Shown piece by piece: positions 13,336 to 26,034 of a stretch of DNA of 64,000 nt (position 1 is its first letter; each line of letters starts with the position of its first letter). The stretch covers positions 56,118,603 through 56,182,602 of the forward strand of contig NC_057718.1 in assembly GCF_004010195.1 (NCBI RefSeq), in the 5' to 3' direction. Both the position numbers and the translations under genes were made by a program. The DNA comes from Chiloscyllium plagiosum (Eukaryota). Below the pieces are notes generated by a model that worked only from the letters and a program-made list of their open reading frames with translations, searched no databases and was not told the DNA's origin.

Positions 13336-13743
13336 CTGTGATCATGGATAGAAAGGAAATGAGAAAGTCAACTCTTAGTTTTAATGGACTGTATATACAC
13401 ACAAAAAAAAAATCAAGTCATATATAAATTTAATATAAAAGCAATTCTCATCATAAGTACACTTAAAAAAAAAAAAAGGACCACTCAAACATACCTGAAT
13501 GATTTCCTTGTTAGGTCTATTCATTTCCCTTTCAAATGGTAAAATTGCATAGAATTACTCATTCATTTAATTTGAAATTAAGTAAAAAAAAAATGGAGTA
13601 TTTCCATTGACTCTCCCAATCAGCTTCTCAAAAAAGAAATTTCAACAAATAACAGTTGGATTCAAAACATCCCAACATCATCTGAAATCATACTCATACT
13701 GTTCAATTTGAGCAACTGCTGAATATACTGCCTTTACACACTT

Positions 13744-15090
13744 AAGTTAAAATCACAATACCAGGTTATAGTCCAACAGGTTTACGTGGAAGCACTAAGT
13801 TTCGGAGTGCTGCTCCTTCATCAGGTAGCTATGGAGCAGGACCATAAGACAGAATTTATAGCAAAAAGATTAGTGTTATGCAACTGAAATGATATATTGA
13901 ACAAACCTAGGTTGCTGTTTAAAAACTTTCATCTTTTAGAATGGGTTGCAGGTTTCAGTTCATTGATATGTAAATCCGAGAACTTCTTTTAAGTCACCTT
14001 CGAGATAACAAGATTTTATAACAAAAAGTGACATCTCAGCTCAGACAATGCATTAAAGAGGTGAGGTTACAGTCTGTCTGTATCCCAACTTTGGAAATAG
14101 AACCAGTCTGACTCAAAGTGTAATTTATAAAATATTACATGGATTGATTGCCTGCAGTGACTACCTGTAGATTGTGCACCTTTTGAGCAAAATAGAACGT
14201 ATCTGCAAATAATTTTGCAAATGCAAATTTACCCCATTGACTTGCGTGTGCACATGCATAAGAGAGACACAGACAGACACATATTCACCTGTTGTTGTAG
14301 CGTCCACTTGGTCTTGCCAATATATCATGCCTCAGGGCATCCTTGACTGCAGCGTATTAAACAATCTGTTTAAGGTTTGGCAGTTGTTTAAAAGGGGAGA
14401 AGTGGAGGCGGAGGCAAAGTCTTGGCGAGGTGCTTATCCTCGTCGATAATGTGTCACAGGCTGCAAAGAACATGGCATAGTTTCTCCGCTCCCAGGAAGT
14501 ATTGGTTGTCCAGGGACATTCAGCCTCTGATCTTCAGGTGACCATCCTGCAAGGCTGATACACAAGAACGCAGGTTGGCGGAGCAGAGGCTGATGGCCAA
14601 GTTCGGTACCCATGTAGATGGCCTAAACCGGGACCTTGGGTTCAAGTCACAGTATAGATGATCCCAATACACTATACACTCTCACTCATATATGCATATC
14701 CTCTTACATACTCATGCAGGCCCTCTCTCACGCACACACAGCCACCACACACCCTCTCACAGGCTAACACTCCATCACACTCACACATTACCAAGCATGC
14801 ACACATGCAAACACACACATTCTCTCTCTCGCTCTCTCATGCACGCGTACACACACACACACACACCCTATGGGGTGAGTTTGCATTTGCAGATACATTT
14901 ATTTTGTTCAAAAAGTGCACAATCTGCAGGGCAGTCAATCCAGGTTATAAATTCCACATTGGAAGTAGAACCAGTCTGACTCAAGGTTGAGATTCAGAAA
15001 GACAGTCTCTAACCTCTCTTTTAATGCATTGTCTGAGCTGTAATGTCTCGTTTTTTTAAAATAAAACATTAAGTTATCGAGAATGTGACA
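13744..15090. mobile_element. Penelope-like element with inverted arrangement: reversed terminal repeat (13744 to about 14240), then forward GIY-YIG end and 3' region (about 14510-15090)
   Basis: Plus 14520-14655 encodes SASDLQVTILQG...RRLAEQRLMAKFGTHVDGLNRDLGF; about 13990-14237 is reverse-complementary to about 14870-15088; a decayed hammerhead lies on the minus strand at 13793-13827. Confidence 0.85.
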
Positions 15091-15664
15091 CAAAAAAACA
15101 AAAATGTATAGACATTGGCACATGAGAAAGATGGAGTTACAAAAACATACAGAACTGCAAAAAGAAATTTAAAAGAACATTACAAGATGTATCAAAAGCA
15201 ACAAAGTCCTCTCCAATGCATATCGGGAAAAAGGGGTTGTCATAACAACGTTGGCTTTTTGTAAAGAGATAATAATGGTGCAGTCAATGGGAAAAGAGAA
15301 TAGCAGACATGCTAAATAACTTAACAGCTTGCTAAAATCAGATTGCAGCCACCTTAAGGAAATTATGATGAAATACTGATAGGATGGTGCAATCATTACA
15401 CTCCAGACATTCAACACAATTAGAACAAAAACAGTCATATAGCTCTATTACCTATGATAATAGAGAGGCTTACTCATCTCTCCTTACAATACCTCCCAGC
15501 TTCATTCCTTTTACCAATATTATAGGATCACCACCACTCTAACTGCCACTTCTCTCATTTTCATCCCAAAATGGACTTCCTTTCATTTCTCACTTAAAAT
15601 CCTGAGCTTCTCTGTATAATGCCATATTAAATATACCATGACCACAAAGACTGTACTGGATCAT

Positions 15665-16545
15665 AAGACAGTCAGAGATGTACAGCACGAAAACAGACCC
15701 TTCGGTCCAACCCGTCCAAGACGGCCAGATATCCCAACCCAATCTAGTCCCACCTGCCAGCACCTGGCCTATATCCCTCCAAACCTTTCCTATTCATATA
15801 CCCATCCAAATGCCCCTTAAATGTTGCAATTGTACCAGCCTCCTCCACTTCCTCTGGCAGCTCATTCCATACACGTACCACCCTATGAAAACGTTGCCCC
15901 TTTAGGTCTCTTTTATATCTTTCCCCTCTCACTCCTTTCAAGTTTCACAACATCTTTCCGATAGGAAGGAGACCAGAATTGCACGCAATATTCCAACAGT
16001 GGCCTAACCAAAAATCCTGAACAGCCGCAACATGACCTCCCAATTCCTGTACTCAATACTCTGACCAATAATGGAAAGCATACCAAACGCCTTCTTCACT
16101 ATCCTATCTACCTGCAACTCCACTTTCAAGCAGTTATGAACCCACACTCCAAGGTCTCTTTGTTCAGCAACACTACCTAGGATCTTACCATTAAGTCCTG
16201 CTAAAATCTGCTTTCCCAAAATGCAGCACTTTGCCTTTATCTGAATTAAGCTCCATCTGCCACTTCTCAGCCCACTGGCCCATCTGGTCAAGATCCTGGT
16301 GTAATCGGAGGTAACATTCTTTGCTGTCCAAAATTGGAGGTGTAGTGGTGTCATCTGCAAACTTACTAACTCTATCCCTTGTGCTCGCATCCAAATCATT
16401 TATGTAAAGTGACAAGTAGAGGACCCAGCACCGATCCTTGTGGCACTCCACTGGTCACAGGTCTCCAGTCTGAAAAACAACCCTCCACCACCACCCTCTG
16501 TCTTCTACTTTTGAGCCAGTTCTGTATCCAAATGGCTAGTTAAAT
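15665..16545 (-). mobile_element. CR1/HER1-type LINE 3' fragment with internal deletion
   Basis: YINDLD, SKFADDT and RVVRVWNELPEEV motifs plus 3' UTR. Confidence 0.92.
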
Positions 16546-18729
16546 ATGTTTTTCCCTTCGAAAACGGTCAATAAATGTAGCTTTGGCACTGTTATTCATA
16601 GCTCAATAACCTTTATATAATAAAAAAGGGGAGACCAATAGTCTTGACCAGTTCCAATGTAAGAAAAAGTTTGCAATGTCTAATGAAATCTAAAGGCAGA
16701 AGATGTATCATCTTTACTCTTCCTAAATCCTACACACTTGCTCAAACATGAAGGACAGACTCAGAATAATCCTAAAATTGGACAAGATAAATTCTTCTCA
16801 AATTTGCTTATTAAATCATGATTCAGAAGTTTAGCAAACGACTTTGGCAGATTTTGCATATTATGTTTTGCTTCAGAGTTTAGATTCAAATTTCAATTGC
16901 TATAGAGCTACCAATTTTTATCAGTACAAACTCATGATTGCATGCTAGCATATATACGCAAGAAGCATAAATGACTAAACATTTCCTTGCTTTGACACTG
17001 AGTAACTGCCCAGCTGTTCAGCCGAGAATGAAGTGTTCAATAAAACTAGAATAAATTGTGTTCTCCTAAACAGCTCTAATCTCTCCCATTTCTTTGCCCT
17101 GACTTGGACAAGGAATGAGCGAGTATATCGCACACCAGCAAACATCATGCATGGCAAACCACATAGGTATTGACAACTCTGGTCAGCCACCCACAGATTT
17201 TAAAATCAGAACAATGTGTCAAAGCTGTCTATATCAGGCCTAAACTGTTCAAATGTCTCTTCATAAGATAAGATAAACCCCTCAACCTGTGGATTAAACC
17301 TAGTGAAGCTCCTCTGTACAGGCTCCAATGCAACTACATCCCTCTGCAAGTAAGGGAATCAAAAAGCTGTTAAAAAACACTTCAGATACACAGTCTCACT
17401 AAGCCTTGTACAGTTGCAGTAACACACCCCTACTTTTATACTCTATCCCTTTAGCCAAAATTCCACTTGGCTTCTTTGCTATATTTGAGCTGACAAAAGT
17501 TGTTCCAACCAAATAAACAATAAACTGAGTCAACAGCAAATCAACAGAATTTTAGGTGAAACTTAAAGGTCATCAACAGCAATACTGATGTGAACTAGCA
17601 CCTGATAAAACACTTAGTGAATATTCACTCATAGATAGATTATGGATATGACAATTGACGTCCAGATCTAAAGCTTTTATATAAATGGAATAATTGGAAG
17701 AGGGAAATAAGAAAAGCAAGATTTATGACTTTACCCAAAAAGCCAACTAAAAAAGTACACCTGTGAACACTGTGGATAGGGCGAAAGACTCATGGTAATT
17801 TCCAGTGCAATTCAGCTGCCTATTCCATGGTTAACTATACATTGCCAACTATTTAGACTCTCAAAAGAATACTGCCCATTCAAAATACAAACTTTGAAAA
17901 TTATTGAAAAATTGAAGAACAAAGCCAAGAATTTTCTCCCTTTGTACTCTAGATATTCCCCAATAGATTATGCATCTTAAACAAAAAAAGTCAGAGGAAA
18001 ATGTAGTAACCAACATTGAAATGGCAATACTTGTGAATCTAAAATATATTAAAATAAAATTTAGACTTCCAAAATAGATTTTTGATGAATGGGAAGACCA
18101 TAAAAACAATGCTGTTACAACAAATATAGAAAAGAATGGGCAGGCCTTCATCTCAGGCTGAGGTTTATACACATGGAGAGTAATTAGCACCATGTGGGAA
18201 TGTTTTTGGATGGAATGGACACTGGAAATATTTCAAAATAATTTTATGCAATTTCTAGAAACACTTATTTGTTCAGTACACAAAGGTCAACTATGTAAAA
18301 ATACAGAAATATTCTGAGAAATGAATGCAATTACTTAATTATAAAGTACCACTTGGTAATTTTGAGAAATTTGATGTACACTTGGCTGATACGTTCTCTA
18401 ATTTGTTAGGTATCTAACACAAACAAATGCTTTTTGGAAATTTATCAGCAACTCCAGAAGGATTTCTTCTGAATATAGTACAGTATTAATATATTAAAAT
18501 TCTGGACCTTAATTTCCAAGGCACTGTACCAGTTTATCATTTTAATGCATAATGATGCCCTTTGACTCAATTATAATGATAGCATTACCTTCACTGTTGT
18601 TGAATCATACTTTCTCAACACTAAGAGCAGACTAAACAAATGAGGCTGAAAATATTAAGACTAACCAAATCTCAAAAATATTTATGACAAAATGGGCATA
18701 CATTTAGTCAAAGTATTTATGACAAAAGG

Positions 18730-19008
18730 GTAACAGTGGTCAGTACTGCTGCTTCACAGAACCACAGATCCAGGTTCGATTCCATCCTTGTGTGACTGGC
18801 TTTGTGCAGTTTGCACATTTTTCCCATCTGTGGCGTTTCCTCTGGGTGCTCTAGTTTCCTCCCACAATAATGAAGATGTGCAGTTTCGGTGAATTGGCCA
18901 TGGGAAATGCAGGGTTACAGGGTTAGGGTATGGGTGGGATTCTCTTCAGGAGAGTCAGTATGGACTTGATGGACCAAATGGCCAGCTTCCACACTGTAGG
19001 GATTCTAT
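18730..19008 (+). mobile_element. HE1-type V-SINE
   Basis: tRNA head (caggttcgattcc), V-domain, ttccacactgtagggattcta tail. Confidence 0.85.
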
Positions 19009-20213
19009 AAAAACATTTCTCGTCTCTGGTTTCATACTAGCTTCAAACCTCCCATCTTTAACTTATCACTCCCCTCCCAAAGCAAAACTCAGGAACATAC
19101 CAAACTTCAAACATTTCAATGGATCCACCCTGCTCCTCCTTCTCAGTATATTATATTCCTGAAGTATGCTTTCTCCTTCTGGCTGGATTATTTTCCATAA
19201 AAGGTAAAAAGCAAGGCAGCATAATAACTAATACCAACGTTGATACTATAAAGCAAGCCTTTGGAAGTCTCTGGGTATTTACTCCATGTCTGTTGCAAGT
19301 AAAGTACTTTAAAAGCATTTTGTCCACCTCCCCCTAAACCTTTCATGAGTTTGAGCACAGTTTACATTCTTAGAACAAAAGGGTCATTCAGGTATTGCAG
19401 AGTGGTCCTTCTGAATATGAAGATTGTCTCACATTATTAGTGGAACATTAGTTTGGATTTATGAAACAGGCCAAGTGTAGCTACAGAATTTGGACAAAAA
19501 TAGAAATGATAAGGACGAGATATTATATACAAATAAAGATAGAGACAAAAACAAAGATTAAAGTATATTACAGAAAGCAGTATTTTTCTACATAGTGCAG
19601 TATTCTTATTAGCAACTAATTAAGGCAAACTAATACAAGAAAAAGATACCAAATGCTGTAAAGTGCAGAGTATGACAAGTCAATTACTGCATACTTTAAT
19701 AATTATATTATTCTTATTTCCATCTCTACTGCTGAGTATGTTGACACTTCCAGTGGACTGCAGTCAGCTTCCAGAATCACATCCAAATAGGTACTGCAGC
19801 AGATTATCAGTCTATGGAGGACATCACAATCTACTGTTTCCACATTACCCACAGATTCCTATTTGAAGTGCAATAATAATGCAATCAGGAAAAGTGTCTT
19901 TACTTCTTCAATGGAAACCGCCAAACAGTTTTTCACAGGGCATTAACCATGGATGAAATGGTGAACTTTTATTTATATGGCTTTAAACAATTTTTACTTC
20001 TGAACCAAACATTTTGCATTCAGCTCCGAAAGTCACACTCTGTACTTAGGTAAGACTTTGATATAGGAATATTTTGAAACAGGAAGCCAACATATCATCT
20101 AGTAATTAAGCCCTTAACAAGTGGCCAGAATAAATCAAAAGTCAAGTTATGTTAAGTAACTGATTAGATTTTAAGATGCAGATAAGAACAAAAGGAAAGC
20201 TGAAGAAACTTGC

Positions 20214-20270
20214 CTGCAGAGGACTGCATCACACATTCAGGTGCAACGGAAGGAGAAAGAAAGGATTCGT
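20214..20270 (-). CDS. RTN4: RTN4 exon 2, 57 nt (DESFLSPSVAPECVMQSSA)
   Basis: Acceptor tttgtttttcag|AC; donor GCAG|gcaagt (GC-AG intron). The 19-aa peptide aligns without gaps to the human exon-2 peptide DETLFALPAASEPVIRSSA; phase 1-1. Too short for the ORF track. Confidence 0.88.
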
Positions 20271-20491
20271 CTGAAAAACAAATATGACAGGACCTCAGCG
20301 GGGCAAGCAATATAACTAAATGATATCAGATGGCCCAAACAAAGTCCTTCAAATCCAGTGAACTTTAAAGCTTTCAAGCAATATTTTGATTTTAAATATC
20401 AAATTATGCAAGTGACCATGAAAAGAGACATAATCTGAAACTTTAGTCTTGTTGCCCAAATGCCAGTGCAGATCAATCATAATACTTAAAT

Positions 20492-20660
20492 CAGTGTTGT
20501 CCAAAACTTTTCCCATTGTTACTGATTTTGAGACTTGAAAATTGTCATAGCCCTAAGAGATCAGTGAGCAGGGGGCAGGAGGGAGAAGATCTGTGACAGT
20601 GAGGGGAAAGGGCTGAATAATCCTACATGGGATCCCAACATCTACTTTGGGAAGCCCTAA
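20492..20660. mobile_element. Possible hAT-like MITE relic
   Basis: Imperfect terminal inverted repeats cagtgttgtccaaa ... tttgggaagccct; a similar end cagagcttcccaaactgtggg at about 21500. Confidence 0.35.
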
Positions 20661-23600
20661 AATATTGCTCAAAGGGAAAAGGACCTGTGTATCAAATCAA
20701 ACAGTTTTTTTTAAAAAAGCCAAGTAAAAATCAACAATGCATCCTGAAGTTTAATCGCTTTATATGGGGGTTTGGTGGGATCATTTCCTGCTCACCATTT
20801 GTCTAAATATGCTTCTGTGGAAAGTCTGCTTGAGGACAGGCAAAGCTATGAAAGATTTCAGCAACACAACCTTGCAGCTCTCACTATAAAAGGTTCAGAC
20901 AAAGAATTAGCACAAAGGACAAGGTATCACAGCACATTCGGCACCATACAGTATGCACTTTGCACCAATCAATTCCTTCTGGTTGAGGAGAGAGGAAAGT
21001 AAAGAGGGAAAAGAGAAAGAAAAATAATTAGCACAAAAAAAACCCCAAAAGCTAACACTAAGATTTTGGATTTCATAACAGTCTCTTGGCATTTTCCTAT
21101 ACTTTAATAGTCGATTATAAAATGCCATTCCAAATGCAAGGAATTACTCAGAAGTCAACTGCTAATTGCAGACCTGTGCAAAAAAAAACCATAGAAAAAA
21201 GGTAAGTTAATTAAACAAGAGTAGTGGTCTGCAAATTGAATTGGATTTAATGCAATGAATAACAATACTGTTAGGTATAATTCAAAATTAAGTTAGAAGT
21301 TTGAAGAGGTACATGTCAACAGCCTAAATTAGTTGCATTTTTAAAAATCTTTTGAGAAATGGTTATTGTACAGAAATATACAAACCATACTTCCACTACA
21401 GAAGTTTAAGGTTGGTGAAGAATGAGAATTTTCATGAAACATTTTCATCTGAACAAACCATTGCAAATGAGAAGGTTTACAGAGCACCAGAGCACCAATC
21501 AGAGCTTCCCAAACTGTGGGTTGTGATCCCCACTGGAGTGGCCAAAATTTTGGGGTGCAAAAGCTACTGTAGATTTGCAACCAAATGCTAACATCTGCAA
21601 GGCCTTTTTAACTAGTGATGTAGCCTAATTGCCCAATCTGTAGACTTGAATCCTGTCCCAAAAAAACCTAATAGGAAGATGTGTGCAATTTAAATAAAAA
21701 CTCTGGGTTAAACAACTGACCCCATTCCTTCATGTCTCTCCCAACCCTACTCCAAAAATGGAAAATACAAGATTATGCTGGGGAATCCTTAGAATTCTAC
21801 CATTGGCACTGCTTTTTGACCAGATTTATGACCTTTAATACCATAACACTTGAAGTGCTCTGTCAAGGACATTAAAAACCCCAATCATCACAAACCCAAG
21901 AAGTTACATTTGTTTTTAAATCAAGCAGCACCTGTACATTAGTTTTTGCTTAGCCACTTATGAAATTAACTCAATTACAACATATCTACCCCAAACCTCC
22001 AAGCCTTCAAATTGAAGAGAAGCATTCAATGCTCTCCACAGGAGCATAGCCCAAGCAAAAACAGTCAGCAAAGCAGGAGATGTTCAGAGAAATGATTAAA
22101 ATCGAATTTGGTTAGGATGCGAGAATTTTTTGCAAGGTCAGATTTATTCAGGACAGAGTTCAGACAAATGAGGGGCAATCTCATGGAGCATACATTTTTA
22201 TACAGTGCTCAATGGGGTTGATGCAAAATGGAATCATCATCTAGTTGGGAGTTCAACAATCAGTGGGCATAGTCTGAGCATAAAGGGTGGTGAGTCTTTG
22301 GAATTCTCTACTTCAGAGATGTGTAGAAACTCTCACAGTGTTTTCAAGACAGAGATTGATAGATTTCTTAGACAATAGCATCAAGGATTGGGGGTGTAGT
22401 GGCATGAAAATGGCACGGTGTTGTGTATACAAAAAAAAACCAACCATTATCCAGCTGAATGCCAAAGGAGGCTCGAGAAACCAAATGGTCTACTACTGCT
22501 CCCATTTCCCATGTTCCTATAGTCTAAAGTCTAAAAGGAATCATACCAACAATGATACTAAACTATCGTTTGTAAAGGATCAGCAGTTGAAAGATGCTAA
22601 CATGTTATAGAACACAGCCTTCAGGTACAAGGTTTACTACTTAATGAATGCTATATTTTCATATATCAATACCAATATATATGCTTACTGGCCATTTAAA
22701 TTAGTTTAGCAAAAATGTTTCAGAATAGTCACATGAAAATCAAAATTACTGAATAAGTTTTGCGCAGTCTAGGAATTCTAACTGTTTGACACAAGGGCAT
22801 TCAGCAAAAATTAAACTAACTGAAATATATTGACGGAGTTCACTTCAAAGGCTTCTGGCAGAGAACTCCATTCTAACCACAATATGGGAAGGAATATTTT
22901 TAACATTCAACTAAGCACAAACTCTTCAAGATTCATGTTAACTATGTACATCTTTGTTACCTACAAAGCAAACAGTGGAGAAAAACAAAACTCCAATAGA
23001 ACCCATGATCTTAAAGATATCCTTAAACAGTCACATCTTAACTTAGTTCTAGTATTAAAGGGCCCAATTTTCTAAGTGATAATTTTTCCCTTATTTCAAA
23101 CAAACCTGCAGCATTTCATATTTTGCCTTTTGCAACATTATCCTCAATTCTGTACTCCCATTTTACTCATTTGAGGGTTTTGGTTGACTCTGCCTTAACA
23201 GATGCTGAGGCAGAGTATTTCAAATCTTAACCACATACTGTACATTCATTCTTTTCATAATCATCTTGAATTGATGTATACTTGTCTTCAAGCCTTCCAG
23301 CAATAGGAATAGTTTACTTCAATCTACTTTGTCCAGACATTTCAATTTTGAATACTGCCATCAAGTCTGCCCTTGATTCTTATCAGAAACAAAATAACTC
23401 AACTTCTTCAAAGTACCCTTGTAGCTGAAGCTTCTTATCCCTAGAACTATTCCTATGAATGTTTTCTGCAACCATTCTAAAGCCTGCAAATCCTTCCTAA
23501 GGTGCTATGCCTGTAAGAGGACAGAATGGTCAGCTGAGACTGAACTAGGGTTTTTAATAATAGCTTCAGCACAAATTTCTTGTTTTTAATATTCTCTATA

Positions 23601-23907
23601 CCCCTATTTATAAAGGGCCAAGATCCTGTATTGACATTTTTCTCAACCGATCACACATTCAATATTGTACAAACATCTGTTAATTCTTTCTACTCCTCAA
23701 CACATTTATTAAACACATTTATTCATAAGACACTGGCATCGCTGGATAGGCTAACATTTACTGCCCATACTAAATTGCCCTCGAAAAGGTCATTACGAAC
23801 TGCCTTCTAGAAACACGGCTGTCTGCAATGTGTAGGTATACTCAGTTAAGAAGGGAATTTCAGACTCCAGAATTTTGCCATTCTTTCACTGCTGCTGGGA
23901 CAATGTA

Positions 23908-24215
23908 GATTAGATTATTTGATTAGATTCCCTATAGTGTGGAAACAGGCCCTTCGGCCCAACAAGCCCACACAGACCCTTCGAAGAATAACTCATCCAG
24001 ACCTATTCCCCTACATTTACCCCCGACTAATGGACCTAACACTATGGGCAATTTAGCATGGCTAATTCACGTGGCCTGTACATCTTCGCATTGTGAGAGG
24101 AAGCTAGAGCACCAAGAAGAAACCAACGCAGACACAGGGAGAACATGCAAACTCCACACAGACAGTGGTCCTTGGCTTTGTGAGGCAGCTAACTACAGAG
24201 CCACCATGTCGCCCG
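23908..24215 (-). mobile_element. HE1-type V-SINE inside an older LINE 3' end (about 23725-24360)
   Basis: Reverse V-domain gcagacacagggagaacatgcaaactccacacagac and a (gatta)n tail. Confidence 0.85.
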
Positions 24216-24648
24216 TAAAGTTTCAATACAATATGGTGCATGGTTCAGAGGGGAACTTGAAGGTGGTGGTGTTCCCATGCATCTGCTGTCCTATTCCTTC
24301 CAGGTAGTATAGTTCACACATTTGGAAGATGCTACTGAAGGAGCCTGAGGTGCTGCAGTCTGTACATTTCAGTTTTTGCTTCTCTGCATTCTTTCTGTAC
24401 ACAATCTATATTGTATTAATGGTCAAGAATAACAAAAGCAATGGTCCTAGTATCAAACCTTTGGAACCCTACTATATATCAACTTCCAAACCATTAAACA
24501 ACTGTTGACCACTATTGATGCTTGTCACACCCAACTTCATAACCAGGCTGCCACCACCCATTTTATTCTATGGCTTTCAGCTGTGCTATGAACTTTTAGC
24601 AAATATATTTTTTATTTGAAAACAACCATGTATGAACAGAATAGAGTA

Positions 24649-24960
24649 GGGCAGCACAGTGGCTAGCACTGCTGCCTCACAGCACCAGGGACCTGGGGTC
24701 AATTCCCGCCTGGGTCTGTGTGGAGTTTGCGCATTCTCCCAGTGTCTGCATGAGTTTCCTCTGGGTACTCAGTTTCCTCCCACAATCCAAAGATGTGCAG
24801 GTCAGGTGAATTAGCCATGCTAAATTGTCCATATAGTATTAAGTGCATTAGTCAGGAGTAAATATAGAGTAGGGGAATGGGTCTGAGTGGGTTTCTCTTC
24901 AGTGGGATGGAGTGGATGTTTTGGGCCAAATGGCCTTTTTCCATACTGTAAGGAATCTAA
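24649..24960 (+). mobile_element. HE1-type V-SINE
   Basis: gggcagcacagtggctagcactgctgcctcacag head, V-domain, tail. Confidence 0.88.
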
Positions 24961-26034
24961 CATAAATATAGAATAGAGAATAGAATTCTTACAGTGGGGA
25001 AACTACAAGACCTTCACCAAATTCCCAATAGCAAAAAGCATAAATCAAATTAATCACTGTATGCCCTTAAAGAAAAACATCCATGCTGCCTTTCCCTAAT
25101 TAATCCAGGCATGTCCAAATGACTCTTAACCTTGTCCCAAATTATTCTAAAAGCTTTGATCGATGTCAAAGTCACAGACCTGCAGTTACTGTGCAAAGAT
25201 TTAACACATGAATAGGAAGGGTTTGGAGGGATATGGGCCAGGTGCTGGCAGGTGGGACTAGATTGGGTTGGGATATCTGGTCTGCATGGACAGGTTGGAC
25301 CGAACGGTCTGTTTCCATGCTGTACATCTCTATGACACCATGTACAATTCTCCAGTCCTCTGATACCAGCCTGCATCCAAGGAGGGTTGGGGGATAAAGG
25401 TCAGTGTCTCCACAGTTTCTACATTTACATCCTTCCATGTCCTTGGATGCATCCCTTCAGTATCTGAAGTTTTAGCACAGCCTACCTACCAAAAAAAAAA
25501 CATTAGATTTAAAACAAAATTAAAAAACAATGTACTAACTATCTAATCTTCCACAATTTGAGTTGGCACCTTCTTAGTGCAATATAGTCATAGGACTCAC
25601 TACAGGCAAGATAGGCCCCCTGAAAAAATCCCTTTTTCAGTCTTGTTGTTAACGATGAAGAGATTCCTACCGAAACACAGATTTTCCTGCTGTTCTGACA
25701 CTGCTTGACCTGCTGTGCTTTTTTCCAGCTCTACATTTTATCAAACCCAATTCCTTTTTTCTTCTTTCTTACTATCTACATGCCTACATAAAGGCATTTG
25801 TAATCCCTTTATACGTTAGCTGATCTCTTTTCATTTGCTGCCAGTCTGTTTTCATACTCTTTGCATTTTTTGTTTAAAACTTTCCTCATTCAGTTTGCTC
25901 TCATTTAAATTACTTTCTATTTTAACTTCTCTAAACACAGGAAGAGAGGAACAGATAAGATTTGAGGAGTTTCAATACTCACCTTTAAATTAAAAACACT
26001 TCACCTAATCTTTTTTAATAAAGCTCAAAAGATA

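Noticed and set aside
10421..13402. 993-aa ORF as a stand-alone single-exon gene
   Set aside because: Its ends run into intronic sequence; clear acceptor (13335) and donor (10468) sites define an internal RTN4 exon.
13497..13530. Possible mini-exon ending CAG|gtatgt about 160 nt upstream of the large exon
   Set aside because: Weak acceptor and 34-nt length, incompatible with the phase-1 frame.
14658..14990. His/Thr-rich ORFs
   Set aside because: Translation of CA/CT microsatellite-like sequence in the Penelope 3' region.
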